DNA of 64,000 nucleotides from an uncultured Verrucomicrobiae bacterium (GTDB lineage Bacteria; Verrucomicrobiota; Verrucomicrobiia; Chthoniobacterales; JAFAMB01), in contig CAVZKG010000005.1 of the NCBI GenBank assembly GCA_963775805.1, positions 337,234 through 401,233 on the forward strand. The letters are read 5' to 3'. Of this stretch, positions 61,974-64,000 are shown piece by piece (the stretch's first letter is position 1; the number at the start of each line of letters is the position of its first letter). A program made the translations under genes and the position numbers. The notes beneath the pieces are model-generated. The model was not told the origin of the DNA. It ran no database searches and saw only the letters and a list, made by a program, of their open reading frames with translations.

Positions 61974-62052
61974 AGGCCCATCCGCTCCCCATCCCATATG
62001 CCCATCCGGCCCATAAGGCCCATAAGGCCCATAAGGCCCATAAGGCCCATCC
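61974..62052 (+). repeat. 9-bp tandem repeat GGCCCATAA (4 perfect copies plus degenerate flanking copies)
   Basis: Perfect units at 62008-62016, 62017-62025, 62026-62034 and 62035-62043. GGCCCATCC-type degenerate units lie on both sides. Confidence 0.9.
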
Positions 62053-62114
62053 CCACGCAACGGAAACTCGACTTCAACCTTGACTATATCTGCTTAGTAG
62101 ACTTACGTCTCCGG

Positions 62115-63083
62115 GTGGTTTTGAGAATTTCAACCCGGTTGCTTACTGCCCTCTTAGCGCTCTTTCTTGGCATTCTCTTGGTCGTCCCGGTTGCTGCGAA
62201 CGGAGAAGATACCGAAAAGGTTGTCCGAATCGGGTACCAGAAGTCTGGCGCATTTCTTTTATTGAAGAATGATGGGAGTCTCGAGAAAAAGCTGGCTCCT
62301 CTCGGTTACCGTGTTACATGGACCGAATTCCCCTCCGGGCCGCCTCTACTAGAAGCGCTGAACGGCGGGAGTATCGATATCGGTCACTCTGGGGACGCGC
62401 CACTCATATTCGCGCAGGCAGCCGGTATCGAGTTTCAGTATATCGGTGCGACTTCTCCGGCGCCGGAGAGTGCCGGGATCGTGGTACCGAAAGGCTCTCC
62501 AATCCAGTCGGTAGCCGATCTTCGAGGTAAAAGAGTTGCTTTTGCGAAAGGTTCCAGTTCGCATTTTCTGCTTGCCAGAGCTCTTGAGGAAGCCGGACTA
62601 ACATTCAACGATATCAAGCCGATCTATCTTCAGCCTTCTGACGCGCGACCGGCACTTCAGTCCGGTTCGATCGATGCCTGGGCGATTTGGGATCCTCTCT
62701 ATGCCGCCGCGGAAGTGGATGGGGAAGCGCGGGAACTGCGCAACGGAAAAGGGTTGAGCCCTCACAGAGAGTTCTATTTCGGGCGAAAAAGCTTTTTGGT
62801 GGCGCACCCGGAGATTGTGATTCCTTTGCTTGAAGCGCTTCGCGAGAGCGGTGAACGCGCTTTGCAGGATCCGAACGCAACGGCGAGGTTCCTTGCCGCC
62901 AAACTTGGGATTGGAGAGGCAGTGATGCTAAAATCGGAGCTTCGAAAAGCTCGCTACGATGCGGCGCCGATGAATGCCGAAACAATTGCCGACCAGCAGC
63001 TGGTTGCCGATACGTTCTTTCGACTTGGGGTGGTGCCAACAGCTGTTCGAACCGCAGATGCCGTTTTTCAGCCGAAGCAATAG
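62115..63083 (+). CDS. ssuA: Aliphatic sulfonate ABC transporter substrate-binding protein
   Basis: Signal peptide from GTG 62115 or TTG 62121 ([27 protein letters not shown]). [15 protein letters not shown]..., [20 protein letters not shown]. The ATG at 61998 would add a PIRPIR repeat N-terminus and is unlikely. Confidence 0.85.
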   Translation: MVLRISTRLLTALLALFLGILLVVPVAANGEDTEKVVRIGYQKSGAFLLLKNDGSLEKKLAPLGYRVTWTEFPSGPPLLEALNGGSIDIGHSGDAPLIFAQAAGIEFQYIGATSPAPESAGIVVPKGSPIQSVADLRGKRVAFAKGSSSHFLLARALEEAGLTFNDIKPIYLQPSDARPALQSGSIDAWAIWDPLYAAAEVDGEARELRNGKGLSPHREFYFGRKSFLVAHPEIVIPLLEALRESGERALQDPNATARFLAAKLGIGEAVMLKSELRKARYDAAPMNAETIADQQLVADTFFRLGVVPTAVRTADAVFQPKQ

Positions 63084-63091
63084 GAACGAAA

Positions 63092-64000
63092 ATGAAGCTT
63101 TTCTGGTTTATACCGACCCACGGCGACGGACGATACCTCGGAACGCACACCGGAGGACGCCCCCTCGACTTCAATTATCTGCGCCAGATTGCAAGCGCAA
63201 TCGATTCTCTCGGGTTCTATGGAGCGCTCTTGCCGACCGGTCGCTCGTGCGAAGACGCTTGGGTGACCGCTTCAGCCTTGATCGGCGAAACCAGTCGGAT
63301 GCGATTTCTGGTGGCGGTCCGACCCGGATTGATTTCACCCACGCTCGCTGCCCGGATGACTGCCACATTCGACCGTCTCAGCAATGGGCGCATTCTTATC
63401 AACGTCGTGACAGGGGGTGATCCTGTCGAACTCGCCGGAGATGGGGTGTTTTCGGAACATGGCGAGCGGTACGAAATAACCGATGAATTTCTGCACATCT
63501 GGCGATCGATTCTGGCCGACCGAGGTGAAGTGAATTTCGAGGGGAAACATCTCAAAGTCCAAGGTGCAAAATCGATCTTCAAAGGCGTTCAAGAACCTTA
63601 TCCGGCGCTTTACTTTGGCGGTTCTTCGGATGCAGGGATCGAAGTTGCAGCACAACACGTGGATTACTACCTGACCTGGGGTGAACCTCCGGCGCTGGTC
63701 GCAGATAAAATCGCGCGTGCCCAAGAAGCTGCAGCGCGTCACGGGCGCCAACTCCGGTTCGGCATACGGCTCCATGTGATCGTTCGGGAAACAGATGAGG
63801 AAGCTTGGCGAGATGCGGATCGGCTTATTAGCCGCCTGACTGACAAGACCGTCGATACAGCGCAAGCGACACTTGCAAGGCAAGATTCCATGGGGCAGCG
63901 GCGCATGCTCGAATTGCAAAAACAAAATCAAGGGCGGCGCACCCGTGAGGCGTTGGAAGTCAGCCCGAATCTCTGGGCAGGCGTCGGACTTGTTCGAGGA
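63092..64000 (+). CDS. ssuD: FMNH2-dependent alkanesulfonate monooxygenase, 3'-truncated by window edge
   Basis: Own translation from the ATG at 63092: [17 protein letters not shown]...[20 protein letters not shown]...[42 protein letters not shown]. Open to the end of the window, so absent from the ORF track. Confidence 0.88.
   Translation, partial: MKLFWFIPTHGDGRYLGTHTGGRPLDFNYLRQIASAIDSLGFYGALLPTGRSCEDAWVTASALIGETSRMRFLVAVRPGLISPTLAARMTATFDRLSNGRILINVVTGGDPVELAGDGVFSEHGERYEITDEFLHIWRSILADRGEVNFEGKHLKVQGAKSIFKGVQEPYPALYFGGSSDAGIEVAAQHVDYYLTWGEPPALVADKIARAQEAAARHGRQLRFGIRLHVIVRETDEEAWRDADRLISRLTDKTVDTAQATLARQDSMGQRRMLELQKQNQGRRTREALEVSPNLWAGVGLVRG

Noticed and set aside
61974-62052. Checked whether the repeat array could be a CRISPR.
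   Set aside because: The units are 9 bp, contiguous and without spacers. No cas genes are present, and nothing else in the window is CRISPR-like.
61998-62114. PIRPIRPIRPIRPIRPIP repeat N-terminus for SsuA from the ATG at 61998.
   Set aside because: This is a translation artefact of the 9-bp DNA tandem repeat. The signal peptide of SsuA starts about 40 codons later, at a GTG/TTG.

Overview
About 60 protein genes, 2 tRNAs, 2 cobalamin riboswitches and several short repeat elements. There is no transposase, integrase, CRISPR array or rRNA. Most of the window is chromosomal housekeeping: dnaX-ybaB, rex, split transketolase, iolG/iolB, fumC, mpl, recN, metE, def, pdxH, exbBD, plsC, ssuAD. The NrdB here closely resembles the chlamydial class Ic R2, and the intergenic repeats are of the 'FTTETRR'/'RRYAHTP' type. 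Both point to a PVC/Verrucomicrobia-like host, but this is a weak inference.

Main items:
1. **Bufferin-type RiPP operon (5327-8018).** It encodes a Sec-signal precursor with six Cys, a DUF692/MNIO enzyme, a DUF2063 partner and DoxX. A secreted DUF255 thioredoxin-fold protein follows immediately.
2. **Minus-strand four-gene operon (24008-28138).** It encodes an AHH/HNH-like nuclease candidate, a SUKH (SMI1/KNR4) immunity-like protein, an unknown 242-aa protein and an SF2 helicase. It sits next to tRNA-Arg and a repeat-dense 520-bp spacer. This is my best candidate for an undescribed conflict or defence system.
3. **B12-centred regulation.** B12-dependent NrdJ is present. Cobalamin riboswitches sit in front of a class Ic-like nrdB-nrdA pair (Leu at the radical-tyrosine position) and in front of metE.
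4. **Unusual acyl/lipid-modification-like cluster (1087-5090).**
5. **Repeats.** A perfect 25-bp inverted repeat, a 9-bp tandem repeat at the ssuA 5' end, and a dispersed about 35-nt repeat family.

All family assignments come from motif recognition by eye. No database search was run.
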